DNA of 63,963 nt, the filler included, from Octopus bimaculoides (taxonomy: Eukaryota), in NCBI RefSeq assembly GCF_001194135.2. It is 4 parts of 4 records of this genome, joined end to end, with 100 filler letters (N's around TTAATTAATTAA, not from the genome) between each part and the next. Parts side by side here need not be neighbours in the genome. Positions count along the whole stretch, not along the records: positions 1 to 10,640 come from NC_068990.1; positions 10,741 to 36,850 come from NC_068983.1; 2 more parts are not named here. One strand, 5' to 3'. A program made the translations under genes and the position numbers. This document shows, piece by piece, positions 10,381 to 23,519 of this stretch. The number at the start of each line of letters is the position of its first letter. Within the stretch, counting starts at the first letter, position 1. The notes under the pieces were generated by a model that ran no database searches, was not told the origin of the DNA, and saw nothing but the letters and a program-made list of their open reading frames with translations.

Positions 10381-13300
10381 AGATAGTTGGAAACAACTGA
10401 GCAGTTTTACAAAGCTTTTGCTCCTTCTCTGCAAACTAGAAGTGGTAGTGTTGCATTTACATGTCTTTTCATTTATGTTATTTTCGTCGTTGTTTTTGTT
10501 GCTGACATTGTCAGTGCTGTTCATATATAACTTTGTTAACAGGCAGTAGTAGGAAATCAGTAATATATTCGAAGTTGGAACAGCTAATTGCCCAGTGAAT
10601 TTGCGAAACCACATTTAAAAAAAAAAATATATAACTTCAGNNNNNNNNNNNNNNNNNNNNNNNNNNNNNNNNNNNNNNNNNNNNTTAATTAATTAANNNN
10701 NNNNNNNNNNNNNNNNNNNNNNNNNNNNNNNNNNNNNNNNATATATATATATATATACATACACTATATTTATTAAAAAGTTAAGTGAAGACAAACAAAA
10801 AGAGCGAAATTATAGAGGTTACAACGTACCATTAATAAAAAGCGAATAAACTGGTCTCATTAGTAATATCAATAAGATAAAGTTACTTAGAAAAATGTAT
10901 TTGATGTTTCCAAACCAAGTTTAAATTTTGATTGTAAAAACAATTACTTCATTTCACTACATATTATTCTAAAACTAGTTTTAGAGAATTGTATTAAAAG
11001 ATGTGGATCTCACCTTCCGATGTTCATCAATGTGGATTCAGTCCTCAGAATTTCATTTTGGCTCCTTTTTATTCAGCTAAGACTACAGGAATGTACTCAC
11101 ACCATAAACTTTATGGCCAACATCATAGAAACGTGACTATTTTTATCGCTTGTCTATGTGAGAAAATTTTTCCTTTCTTTTTCAATATCTCCAAAGTAGA
11201 CGTTTTAACTGATGTGTATATAAGGAGTGGAAAAATAGAAGGAAGAATACAGGACAATTATAACTTCTTTACTCATGAATTTACTTGCAAATGTCGAATA
11301 GGAACAGTTTCAGCAATCTAAAGTTGTTATTTTTTTTTCTCTATGTCACTACAAGTTTATACATGTTAAAAGTCATGTCAAAGGAAAGAAGAAATTAAGA
11401 GTAATGTTGCTTGACAATGTGAAAAAATTAAATCGTCCGAAGATATTAAATTAGATCTAATTAATGTTCTGAATATGTGGTAAACATTTCTTAATGAGAG
11501 AGATCTGAAATTAACATGTCCAGTAACACATTCTGTTTTACTTTTGATTCTAATTTTTTTTTTAACTATTTAGATTATCTTAAAACAATATTTGAAGTGT
11601 TGTAACTTACAAAACTTGGCAGACCGTAGATTTGGTTATAGAAATGAAAGAAACTTTGTGGACCCAAAATAGTTTTAAAATATGCTTTTTGTAACTAAAT
11701 TCACAAACCTTGGAAAGTAATCTCGAAATTAATGTTCAACATAACCTAGCTGCTACAAGATTTTAAATGAAAACCTGACATCTATCGAAATATTTTCAAT
11801 GAATAATTAATCAATCCAATACCAGCAAAAAAAAAAAGGCGGGGAGGGGCAACAACAAGTTAATCTTTTAATTACTGTGATTGATTGAATGAAAGACATT
11901 AACAAGATTTCCATGATCAGAGCCAAACAAGTGGTTCAGCTTCTTTATTGCTGAACGTTTTAATCAACAAAACGGAGAGATATAGCTGTTGTCAAATATG
12001 CATGTATGTATATTGAATATAACCTTCAAACTTCGTTTTTACGACTGGAGGGAATAGATATTAAATGAAATGGTCTAAACTTTCACATATGACGAGTTTA
12101 CTAAGTGACTATCATCAGTAATCATAATTTCGCATCCTAGATTACGTTTTTAAAAATAACAACGAATAAATATATAGGTATGCATCCTAATTGTGAAACA
12201 AATTTTCGATAGACTTAATATCTTTGAAGTAAAATAGAGGCTAATTTCGTTTTTTGAAACAAAACACTACATCGTGATATCTGGTCAAACAGATTGCCTC
12301 TACCGGCATAACTACAACCTTGTCTTGTCAAACATACACTCTCCCATGTGTCAATTTTTTTAAACCTGTTACAATTGCAAGCTACCTAGAAAATCTCAAA
12401 GTTCAATTACCAAAAAGAATCCAAAGCAGGATAGTAGATTTTAAGGTTGCCTTTTCCCGTTTTTGGTTCCTTCATCGTGCAACTTAACATTTACTGTTTG
12501 TGCGTCTCACTGATCCAAATGGCAGAATTCAACTGATTTCTGAGCAGTTTTACAAAAGTATTTCGAGTCCATGACTTGAATCACCATAGCGTTTCTGTTT
12601 TAATTGATTCCACTGATTTACATTAATTAGCCACCACGATGGGGTGAAACCAAAATACTCTCTTATCTATCAGCTTGCAGTGAGCAAACATGGATCTCAA
12701 GACAGCGGGAACTGTAATATGAGTTACGTTTCAAGGTTAGTTATCCAAGTGACTTAAACTAGTGATTCTTGAACTGATAAAAGACAGGTTCCTCCAAAAA
12801 ATATTACTCAAATTTTATTAATTTTTTGTTAATGATAAGACAGCCAGTTTACATCCATATCATTCTATTTGTTTCGTAATTACATTCCTTTCTACTAGAG
12901 GCACTGAAATTTTGGTGAGAGGGGTCTAGTCGATTACATTGCCATTATATTGGACAAATATTAAATGTGGAAGTTTGCTCCTTCACCTCCACATGAATCA
13001 CTAGTTTAAACGAAGTAGATTGCAAAACAACAGGGAATTTCATTTACCTATTGTCGATTTACGTATACTGTTTATGAGGAACAACTGTGGTTTGGACAGG
13101 GTGCTCATGTCAAGTGAAAAACCACCCTAGCCATTGCCATCTTCGAACGCAAAGATATGTAACTGGTGACGCACTCGTTCAGCGTTGTAACAATATTGCT
13201 AACCTATAATGTTGAGCTGGTACTTTATTTATCGATTCTGAAAGGATGAAAGACGAAGCTGATCACAGCAGGAATTGCGCAGCGAGCTAGAATGAATACT

Positions 13301-13399
13301 GCAGAACATTCTGTCTGAATGTTTCATATCTTCGAGGGAGTGGAAGGTGTGCGCGCGCTTACCAAAATAACGTTATCATGTATCGATATATTGCAGAAC

Positions 13400-13630
13400 A
13401 ACCTGATAAACGGTTTGAATTGAGCATGAAGAAACTCACTAAATCATGACTCAAAGTAAACGAAGTCAAATGCGAGAGCTGACAATCAAACCTCGAATTC
13501 CTTGATCACCAAGCCAACAAAGAAGGGGTATATTTAGATAAAACTATAGTCGAAATATAGCCACCAAAGATGTGTCAAGATTACGCACTATGCTGGGGAT
13601 GATACAATATCCGGGTTGATTTCTCTCTGA
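13400..13630 (+). mobile_element. Ty3/Gypsy RT fragment
   Basis: Translates LKVNEVKC...LEFLDHQANKEGV...PP, then KDVSRLRTMLGMIQY by frameshift. Confidence 0.7.
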
Positions 13631-13799
13631 TTCACTTGTGCTTTACACAGTACCTAGACCTGGGATGATAAGCAGCAACAAAGTTTTGGTGTAGTGAAAA
13701 TCAGTTCCCCAGTTCTTGCGTACATCAGCGTATCCAAAGAAACTATCGCAAGTGCAGATCCGTGTTGCTACGGTATTGCAGGCTACACATACCATCGTC

Positions 13800-14970
13800 A
13801 CATCGACGTCACGAAACCTGTAGAATTTTATTAGCGAACGCTGATCAACATGGACCAGTTCCAACAAGGAGTTGGATGAAGCTCTCCAATCTCCAGCACA
13901 GGAGTGAATTGGGCTTGTCTGCCCCTGAGAAGGTGGAGGACTGTTCGAGTCAGAGAGCTTGGGACAACAAAATTTCGAAGACCACCTTCGACTCTCTCTT
14001 CATCCAGTCGGACCAGTTTTCAAGGTGCGCTTACTGTCTGCTAGCTCCAAATATTCAGGTGACTGGATTGATGCCATCCTTGAGGCTAACATTGGTGGCC
14101 TACTCAGCTTGGACGAACTTCGTATCTACATTGCCCTCAAAGTGGGAGCTGACGTATGCATGGGTTTGATCTGTCGTTGTTGCAGATTCCTCGACTCTAC
14201 AGGCCTCCATGGTCTCTCTTGCCGTCTGAATGCTGGTCGCTTCGCGCGTCATACGGAGTTAAACATACACAAGAGGAGCTTGGTCCGGGCAAACATCCCC
14301 TCCATCATGGAACCATCTGGGTTGTTCAGATGCAATGGGAAAAGATCAGATGGCCTCACCCTGTGCTCCTGGTCGAGAGACAGATGCTTTTTCTGAGATG
14401 TCACAGTTAACGACTCCTTTGCTTCTTCTCATATCCTAGATGCTGCAGCCATGGCGAGATCCGCAGCTTCTGCGGCCGAGCGGAACAAAACGCTGAAGAA
14501 CCGCGATCTGTCAGCCAACTACATTTTCCATCCTGTAGCGTTCGAGACGTTTGGTGGGGTCGGATCACTGACTGCGAGATTCCTGTCTTCACTGGCATCT
14601 TGTCTAGCAGAGGTAACCGGTGAAGCTCGTGAGGGCGTTTGGCTGTTCCAGCGCATCAGCCTCGCCATCACCTGCGGCAATGCTGCTGCAAGCGTGCTGA
14701 CGTGCCTCAATAGTCACTAGAGAGGTTTCCGAGCGCCCCTAACTTTTCAGCCTAAGGTGGTGAATTGTTTTTGTTTTGTTTTTTCTGTTTATTGTTTTGT
14801 AATTTTTCAATTGTGTTCTGTTTCGTTCATTTTTCTAATTTATTTTTTCTTTCCTTTTTTTCCTAATTCATGCATTTGTTATAGAGTCTAATTATAAGAC
14901 TGTCCTTTCACCATGTCTTATTGCAAACCGCATTCATAAATAAAGTTCAGTAATATACTCATAAAAAAAA
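13800..14970 (+). mobile_element. CRE-clade non-LTR retrotransposon 3' portion (RLE endonuclease)
   Basis: ORFs 13959-14396 and 14451-14720: SGDWIDA, CRC...GLHGLSC...RH, GKRSDGLTL..W..DVT, PVAFETFGG and FQRISLAI..GNAA. A-rich 3' end. Confidence 0.88.
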
Positions 14971-15711
14971 ATTGACAAGACTAGTGAAGTTCAAACTGAT
15001 TTCAGACCACAAACCTATAGTGCCTTTTATCAACAACAGATGAGGAAGACTATATCTCGGCATACCTACAAAAGTAGGCCCTCCTCCAATTGTGTTTCCC
15101 CATAGCTTTCAGAAAAATAAGTACTTTTTAATGAAATATCTTAAGTATTTACAGAATATTGGGTAGGGGTGTATTAGTGAGAATTTACAATGTATTCCTT
15201 ATTTTTGTCGAGCGGATGACATTATTCCGAACGACGGGAGTGGTGAGGAGGTTGAAAAAAAAGAATTGAAAAGGATTAATTTTTTTTATAATCGTAATTC
15301 CCATATTATATTCCCATCAATTTTAGCTTTGTAATTTTTTTTCATCAACACAAGACAAAACCAAATAGAAATATACCGTTTGCGACTGTTAGAGGGAAGG
15401 AAGAAACAATAGATATTTTGGTCTCATTATAATTTTCTTCAATTAAAAAATATTCCTTTCTACATTTTAAATGACTGAAATTATCATTCTATAGATACTT
15501 CTTTCAACTTATGGTGTTTGATTTTTTTTTTTATTGTGAAAGTTACGATGAAGGGAAGCAGGGTGAGTTTTGTTGTTTTTGTTGTTTTTTTTTTACAAAG
15601 ATGGCATTTAGTGTCTTACAATATGGAATAGATCTTTTCTGTTTGGCTGCAGAACTGACCAGCTATAGAAAAACGGGCAATTTTTGGTTCACCTTTTCGA
15701 GAACCTCCCCG

Positions 15712-16469
15712 GGATCTTTGTGATTTGACGGGCAACATTTTTTTATGTAGTGTTTTTGGTACCGAAACACTTTCAAACTTCGAATACTTGTATATTTTGT
15801 GTTATAGAACAGATAAAAAATTTTGTATTCGAAGTTATTTCATGTAAAAAATTGTCGTATTTCGGTAATTTCAACCAATCACTGACGTCTATTGAGGTGA
15901 AAACAATTACGCCGTGGAATATAAACAACGGTGTTACGGGATTTTTTCCCTTGAATAAAATTAGTGCCGTTGTTTGTCAACAAAAACTATTCGTTGTCAG
16001 CAACNNNNNNNNNNNNNNNNNNNNNNNNNNNNNNNNNNNNNNNNNNNNNNNNNNNNNNNNNNNNNNNNNNNNNNNNNNNNNNNNNNNNNNNNNNNNNNNN
16101 NNNNNNNNNNNNNNNNNNNNNNNNNNNNNNNNNNNNNNNNNNNNNNNNNNNNNNNNNNNNNNNNNNNNNNNNNNNNNNNNNNNNAACCCTAAAACCCTAA
16201 ACCCTTACTAAGGAATAATGATATAATTAAACAGGGAATAACACACTTGACACCGAACAGCACTAACTGTATTCAGCTGAATAGACGTCAGTGATTGGTT
16301 GAAATTACAGAAATACAACACCTTTAACATGAAATAACTTGCGATGTACAATTTTTTGTTAAGAAGATTAAGAGAAGAAGTTGTTTTATATGACACATTC
16401 TACCAGTGTCCCAAGTTTGAAAGTGTTTCGTTAAGAAAACAAGTGTTGCCCGTCAAATCACAAAGATCC
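15712..16469. mobile_element. Merlin-like MITE, copy 1
   Basis: Perfect 26-bp TIR ggatctttgtgatttgacgggcaaca (15712-15737 / 16444-16469). Perfect 8-bp TSD cctccccg (15704-15711 / 16470-16477). The superfamily is inferred from GG termini plus 8-bp TSD. Confidence 0.8.
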
Positions 16470-16799
16470 CCTCCCCGACCTCTGGGTGAGCAGTGACCTC
16501 ACCAAATGGAGTTGCTCAGACACTCATGCAGCAACCGAATCCTACCGCTGTCTTGGGTGACAAGGAGAGGAGACGACTTTATATCTAGCATGGGCCGCCT
16601 AAGTGCAGGTCGCTGACTACATACTTCCAACCTTTCAGGTCTACATGATACACCACCTTCCAATCACTGCAGGACTTCCAAATAAAAAATCAAATAAAAA
16701 TATATAAATATATACTAAAAATAAAGATACACATATATACTAAAAATAAGATAAATATATATAGGAAAAAAAAACGAAAAGGCACATATCGAACAAAGG

Positions 16800-17270
16800 T
16801 CAGCAATGCCTGTGCAGAGTTTTAGGTTCAATAAGGCTTTTATACGACACCTCATAGACCCTCTCCACTTTATTGACATTATCCAGAGACAAGCCAGAGC
16901 AAGATGTCTGGTGCCAATATGAGTTGCAGGCTCAGGAATGTGGGAGCGCCATGATCTCTAACACAAACCAAAGATCCCCAAAATCTCCAATGCCATTCTC
17001 TGCATATCTGGTTTTATATCAGAGTGACCTTCTCCTAGAGACATGCTTCAACAGAAGCTGAGGGGTGCCTCAATCCCAGTGGTCTTTCAGCACACCATCC
17101 TGGAATTTCTGCGTACCTGTGCTATTGCTAGATAGCTGTTAAGCCTGCACTAGGTTCATCCGACCTTTCAACAGGTCTTGTTTTTAATCCTGCTGCGTTT
17201 CTAGCAACTCTCTCCACCAGGATAGCCTGGTGGGGGTGCTAGATTAGTTGCTGGCAACCTAACCATGCAA
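16800..17270 (-). mobile_element. Decayed LINE 5'/APE-endonuclease-like remnant
   Basis: Weak APE-like translation with many stops. RTE-like 5' motif ggttaggttgccagcaact on the minus strand. Confidence 0.35.
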
Positions 17271-17329
17271 CAAGTTGTACTGGATTCCATGTTACCAGTA
17301 GCACTTATGAAAGCCCCATAAGTGACCTG

Positions 17330-17365
<36 letters not shown>

Positions 17366-17436
17366 GCACACATACACACACACATACATATATGTATATA
17401 GATATATAGATAGATACACACACACACATATACATA

Positions 17437-17474
<38 letters not shown>

Positions 17475-17479
17475 CCTAT

Positions 17480-17670
17480 GATTGACCACTGGTCACTAAA
17501 GCTTTTTTTCTTCTCTCTCTGCTTATTTTCTTGTGCTCCTTTCTATTGAAGAGCATAGGCTTGAAACATAAAAGACTTTCTCACCTTCCCGAGCATTAAA
17601 CTAATACACCTGTTTGTTATTTACACACCTGCCTTCATCTTTTGTTTTTTTTTTGTAAATTCCAACTATA
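17480..17670 (+). mobile_element. Penelope-like short repeat with a CpG-decayed hammerhead-like core
   Basis: ctttctattgaagagcataggcttgaaacataaaagac (17539-17576) reads as a decayed UGAAGA-stem-GAAAC motif, between TA-type microsatellites. Confidence 0.4.
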
Positions 17671-17680
17671 TATAATCCTA

Positions 17681-17714
<34 letters not shown>

Positions 17715-18647
17715 AATATAAAGAGAAAGAGAAAGAGAGAGAGATGTTTACAAGAAGTGATGTAACAGTGACTTTGAAGTTTTGTCTTGCTAGCCTTCAA
17801 AGGAGGCACTTCTCTTGCATTGAGTAATCATCCAGTTTAAAATGAAATTGATTTTATTATAACTTGACATTAATGTGTGTGTGAGTATGTTACATAAAAT
17901 ACTTTGTCCCCTGATTATTTGTAAATTTTTTATTAATTGATTGAAAAAGATTTTTAATTGTGAACCAACGCTATTTTTTAATGCTGTACGCATGTTAAAA
18001 TGATTTTGAATGCCAACTTAACAGTTATAAACTTTGTAAAAATATGTACTACAGTTAGACAACACAGACTGTTCTTGTCTGACAACCAAGCTAATATACT
18101 TTACCTATAGTGACTATTATAATCAACATTTATATGTAGGCGTGTATATACATATTTACACACACGCGCGCGCGCGCGCGCACTGACAGTTATTTCAGGT
18201 CTTTTTTCTCTTGCTTTTTTAATAATCATCTGACAGGTTCTGACATGACTGAATTGAGAAAAGTTCAAACAAGGGATTATATTCGTTTCCTTCTATTTCC
18301 GAGTGTTCACTTATTTCCCTCTTCTCCCTATGAATAATGAATTTTACTTCAACACTTCAAAACACCATGGATTAAGGATTTTGTGCCTTATCAGGCCTTT
18401 AGTTTTTCTGGTATATTATAGGTAAAATATGAACTTGTAGGACAAATGTTCTAGTGAGGAGTTAAAAATTCAAGCCAGAAGAGTCTGTAACACAGTTTCA
18501 ATCTCTGTTTAAAGCTATTTTTCGTTTCACTTATTTATTTACTAGCTTAAAAGTAGCACTCCATGCAGACTTTTGAGCTAGCTCCTACAGAGGGCTAATT
18601 GAGCCTAAGGCCCAAAACTAAAGAGAGCAATAATAATAAAGTATCTA

Positions 18648-18884
18648 TTTGGAGGACATAACTTTTGCAAGCCAGGATGAGGTCAAAACTGACATTTCAG
18701 AGTTCTTCGCTTTGAAACCAAAAGAGTTTTACATTGGTGGGATTAAAAAGCTTGTAAATAGATGGAAGGAAATCATAGATAATCAGGGAAAGTACGTTGA
18801 TGATTAAATTTCAATTAAATATAACATTTGATCACTTGTTTTCTTTATTCAAAATTTGGACAGAACTTATGGGATGATCTGATA
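18648..18884 (+). mobile_element. mariner transposon 3' end with TIR
   Basis: LEDITFASQDEVKTDISEFFALKPKEFYIGGIKKLVNRWKEIIDNQGKYVDD*, then terminus ggacagaacttatgggatgatctga followed by TA. Confidence 0.85.
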
Positions 18885-18904
18885 GATACTGAATTATTGT
18901 TAAA

Positions 18905-19920
18905 AGCAAAATAACATCCATTCATAAAGGTGGTAGTAAGTCACAGACAAAGAATTTCAGACCTATCAAAAGTTCTGGAGAGAATTATATGCAAAAGAAT
19001 GATAAACTAGATATCTTGACTAACAGAGACTTTTTAATGGCAATCAGTGTGGCTTCTGCCATAAAAGAAAGTAGCTTCTGCAACAACATAACTAAATTAA
19101 GAAATACTTGCTATCAAGAGCAAGAATTGAGTCTGCAAAAGTCTTTGACAAGGGTGATCATGAAATTATATATCACAAGCTGAAAGATGTTACCATAAAA
19201 GTAGGTTGGGCATTCGGATCTCTGAATTTTTAAGTGGTGCACCACAAGGCCTCATTTGATGCTTTGTTTTCCCTGTAATTTTCTCAGATATGTAGTAGTA
19301 GTAGTAGTGTAGAGGCATGCACCATAACAGCACATCACTGCATCCACCATTTGTTGGTGATTCCCTACTTTCAATGGATGGCACCCTTGTGCCACTCAGG
19401 TGAAAACCTCCAATCCATGGGTTCATTTAGATAGTCACTGCTGGTGAGGGTTTTATGAGATTGGAGTGCAAATCTTACCTCAATCTCACAGAAGAAACGT
19501 TTGGTCTATTCTTTGACATGCCAGTTCCCACACAGCACTAGAACAATGTGAAATGAAATGTTTTGCTCAAGAACATAACACACCACCCAGTCTGAGAATC
19601 AAACCAATGAGCTGGCGATGGTAAGTGCAACACTTCAACCACTAGGCCATGCACCTTCACACATGGACTAAAAATATATTTGGTCATACTCAGTAGCTAT
19701 GCAGACAACACTAAATTGATACTGGAAATCAATACAAATAATGGTATCTATGCATTCTAACAAGGCATAAATGCCATATACTACTCGTCAATTGACAACA
19801 AGTCTTTCAATAGAACAAAATTCCATGCATTCTATTATGGTGAGCGGATACCTAATTTGTGGATTCTAAGTTCAATTCAAACTAGAGGAGATATATTGAC
19901 ACCAATTGGTTAGAACAAAA
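18905..19920 (+). mobile_element. CR1-type LINE RT remnant interrupted by a SINE
   Basis: AKITSIHKGGSK...NFRPI, KVFDK.DH, SGAPQG and, after the SINE, SSYADNTKL. Confidence 0.75.
19320..19660 (-). mobile_element. tRNA-headed SINE (CpG-decayed)
   Basis: Minus-strand head TGGCCTAGTGG...GGTTTGATTC followed by the tgttcttgagcaa core. Family of 39225, 40050 and 54185. Confidence 0.75.
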
Positions 19921-19939
19921 CAGTCTTTCAGTCAAACTG

Positions 19940-20012
<73 letters not shown>
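19940..20012. repeat. (TA)n microsatellite
   Basis: Seen directly. Confidence 0.98.
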
Positions 20013-20021
<9 letters not shown>

Positions 20022-20127
20022 ACTTGGGGATGGTCATATTGCCAGTTTAGCCAAGAAAAACACACGCACTGTATATTTGGTGTTAATTTGCTTCAGCTTT
20101 ATATTACATTAATCTTAATCTTATTTC

Positions 20128-20172
20128 GGCCAGAGTTCTTTCGTCACACTTCTGTGACCTCATCAGTGGTCC
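20128..20172 (-). ncRNA. Type-I hammerhead ribozyme-like motif with intact catalytic core
   Basis: GGACCA-CUGAUGA-G-GUCAC-AGAAGU-GUGAC-GAAA-G-AA-CUC-UGGCC, inside a ~210-bp segment (20013-20226) between TA runs. Confidence 0.65.
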
Positions 20173-20224
20173 TTTGTTTCCTTCCTTCTTATGTGTGTCT
20201 CACCTTGCTAACTATCAGCCATTT

Positions 20225-20263
<39 letters not shown>

Positions 20264-20674
20264 ATATAAATATATGCATATATCCATGCATATATGTACA
20301 TACCTACATATATATGTATATATACATGCATATATGGGTACCAAAATTGTTTTATGACAGACCTGGAAATACTTATATATAACTAATTGACATGCCATAC
20401 AGCTGTGGTTATCAAAATCATATTGCTATGGCTCCTTTCAGAACATGTTTTATCTCTCATGGCCTCCTCATAGATGTTGTTAATTGAAAGAAGCATAAAG
20501 CATAATTTCCCATTTACAATGTTTATTACTTATAATTGTATAATACATAAAGTATTAACTATAGCTTACAAAAATGCCTTTTTTGTTTTTTACACAAGTA
20601 AAATAGTGTGTTAACAAACAAAATTAAAACAATAAATGCACATGAGGAGCACAAATTATAAGGAATGCTAAATA

Positions 20675-20870
20675 TTGATTTCAAATTTTGGCACAAGGGC
20701 AGCAATTTTGGGCAGGGATAAGTCAATTACATCGACTCCAGAGTGCAAGTGGTACTTATTTTATCAACCCTGAAAGGATGAAAGGCAAAATCAACCTCAA
20801 CAGAATTTGAACACAGAATATAAAGATGGATGAAAAGCATTTTGCCTGGTGTTCTACTAGCTCACTATCC
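20675..20870 (-). mobile_element. tRNA-headed SINE (CpG-decayed copy of the 4061 family)
   Basis: Reverse complement matches the 4061-4283 body (gaaaggatgaaaggcaaa...). Confidence 0.8.
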
Positions 20871-21729
20871 TTAGGAGTGCTAAATATTGGTTTCAAAGTG
20901 CTATGTTTTCAACCTTGTTATGTACCTATGGCTTACTTGTATGTATATATATGTATATTGTCCCAAAATAAAAAAAAGTCAACAAAAAACAATTCTATGA
21001 CTTAATAATTGTACTTAAAAAGATAATCATCTAACATACCAGTGATTACTACTAGAAAACTTTACATAAATTCAAATTCACTGCCAAAAGAAATTACAGG
21101 GAATATTTCCTCCCTGTTTGACTCAGCAGATAGCTGGATCCTTCAATGGTGGTAGCCTTATTTTGTTGTCACATGATGCTACAGTCAGTGTACCTTAAAA
21201 ATATCAATGTGTTTCCAGAGTACTATAAGCTCTTTAATAAAGGGAACATAAAAGTTCACTTGAGCTACACATGGAAGTTAAACTATGCAACAAGCCACAG
21301 CTGTAAAACAGATGGAACTGGAAGATCAAGGCCATTAAGTAGTTTGTTTAAGAACAGAAATATTATATTAGGCAAAATTACAGTAAGAATGATGTACTGA
21401 TAAAGAATACAGCATACTTTCTACTCATGAACAATACACAACTAAACCATAGCACTCTTTAGGCCTTACAATTTTAGATAAATTCACATTGGCAATCATA
21501 GCTTTCACATATTTCATTATCAAATCCAGATTTCCTTCTCACAACCAGAAAATATTTGAGCTCTTAACACTTTTCAAAGCACAAACACAATCTACAGTCT
21601 TATTTCATTATTGATTTCACATTATTGTCATTATTTTGAAAACTAATAAAGTCTTTACAAAAGAAAGACAAAGAAAAGAAGAAAAGCAGAAAAAAGATAA
21701 AAAGGAGAAAAAAAACATCATGTAGTACC

Positions 21730-21985
21730 AAGTGCTTCAGTTGGTTGCACACCACAAGGCTCAGTGGAACCTACTGATGCAAGCCAGCACGCTTGTATCA
21801 TTACCACAGGCAATGGTGAGGCTAAGGCATTGGAAAAGCCATGTGTCTTCATGGGCGTCACCTGACACGTCGGTGAGGCAAGCTGCCAACGACGACAAGC
21901 ACTTTGTGGTTAGTGACCCAGTCCCTCCAAATGGAAGAGATAGTTCACTGTCAGATCCAGATACTTCAGGGCTTTGTTCCATTTG
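21730..21985 (-). mobile_element. CRE-clade LINE 3' fragment
   Basis: ORF 21761-22108 has FGGTGSLT..CLSSLA.CL.DVSG...WLFQ.LSL.I..GN, paralogous to 14451-14720. Confidence 0.85.
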
Positions 21986-23519
21986 GATATGGAAGCAGTG
22001 ACTCTCCCATTTACCACAACATGAGTGCTTAGTCAAACAACACTCCTGCAGCATACTATAATAACTTTCCACTGTTAGGATGTGTTCTTTTCTGTTTCCT
22101 TTTATCATTTTAATTCACTAATTCTACAATTCAACATAAATTTAGACATAGTACCATGACTTGTGTTTCATTCTTTCTGTTGAAACATCTTGGTCTTCTT
22201 CCTAAGAACTTGTCCCCAATCTTTTCTCTGCAAAATTGCTTCTCTTTGGAATTCCTTGTCAGATTTGCTTTCATTTCAATTATAAATCATCAACAATTTG
22301 AAACAAGTGTTAATTAATCTTACCCAGTTATTGCTATTCTATTTTAAGAATGCATGTTCAATAATCTTTTTAAAGTTTTTTTTTCCTATCAATTTGTAGT
22401 CACTTCCAGTCATCTGATACCACCTGAATTACCTCATTTCTTCAAACTTCATCAGCTCTAAAACCCTACTTGTCATTAGGTTTGTATGGCTTTCATTTTA
22501 GAACATACCCACCACAAAAATAAAAAAAAATAAAAAAAATAAAAATCATCTTGAAATGAAAATTTTGACAATTTTGCCTCATTTAATAGTAAAGAAGAGA
22601 CATTATAGATATCATGGAAATATACTCATAGTTATAGATCCCTTTTACTTACAAACTATAATCAGCTCAAACCATTTCATTTCCTTAAAGTTTAAAAGCT
22701 GAATTTCCTTTATAGGAGCAGAAAATCTTTCATATTTGAGCAGCTGATAAAGTACATGTACCCACATATATGTATTATTGTTCACATGTCAGAAATGGAG
22801 CACCCACCACATTAAATATTATTACGAAGGTAAATCCTTCTCCACGATAGGCAAAGCTTCACCCAATTTACAGCCAATAGCTCACTGTTGAACAGTATCC
22901 TTTTATTGATTCTTTCACTGTTACTACAATGGCAACTGCAGCTCCAATCTTGCCAACCCTATGCCTCTCCTATCCATGTAAACCTATTCAAGAATTCAAT
23001 TCGTTCACCTTTCCTACTCTCCCTCCTCTTATTCTCACTCCCAAACAGTTGCTCAAATTTTCTTTCCAAGATCTGATATTTTTGAAACTCCCTCCTCAAA
23101 CTAACAAATATTTTAAGAAAAAGCTTTTAATAATAAATATTAAAAAAAAACCCTTCCCATGTTTTCATTTTTTTTTTATCAATCTAAATCGTCTAAGCAT
23201 TGAAATTTGAAATTTAATTTCAAAACAAGTAATACAATTCTCATAACTGTAGGTTACATACATATGCACTTCATATGAAAAAAGGGTTCAATAAAATTAC
23301 ATTGATTTCCCAGTAATAACTTGACTCTTCGATTTTAATTTATAATAAAACTGTTCAAACAACTTTTTTTTAAATATTTTAAGTGGATTTTGCATATATG
23401 TAAAAGAATTAATGATATTTCTACCATTATATGTTTCTTTTCTTTTCAAAATAGAATTCATTTAGAAGAAATGTAATGCTTTTCTGTCACGAGATGTCAT
23501 TCCGCTATAACATTTTGCC

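Noticed and set aside
10685-10696. TTAATTAATTAA palindrome flanked by Ns (also 36895-36906 and near 58612-58623)
   Set aside because: Identical motif centred in equal-length N runs: a scaffolding spacer, not biology.
11001-11321. 106-aa ORF and nearby splice-like signals on both strands
   Set aside because: No recognisable motif. The candidate minus-strand exon has stops in all three frames.
16185-16205. True telomere or chromosome end
   Set aside because: A short tract internal to a TIR/TSD-bounded MITE, with ordinary sequence on both sides.
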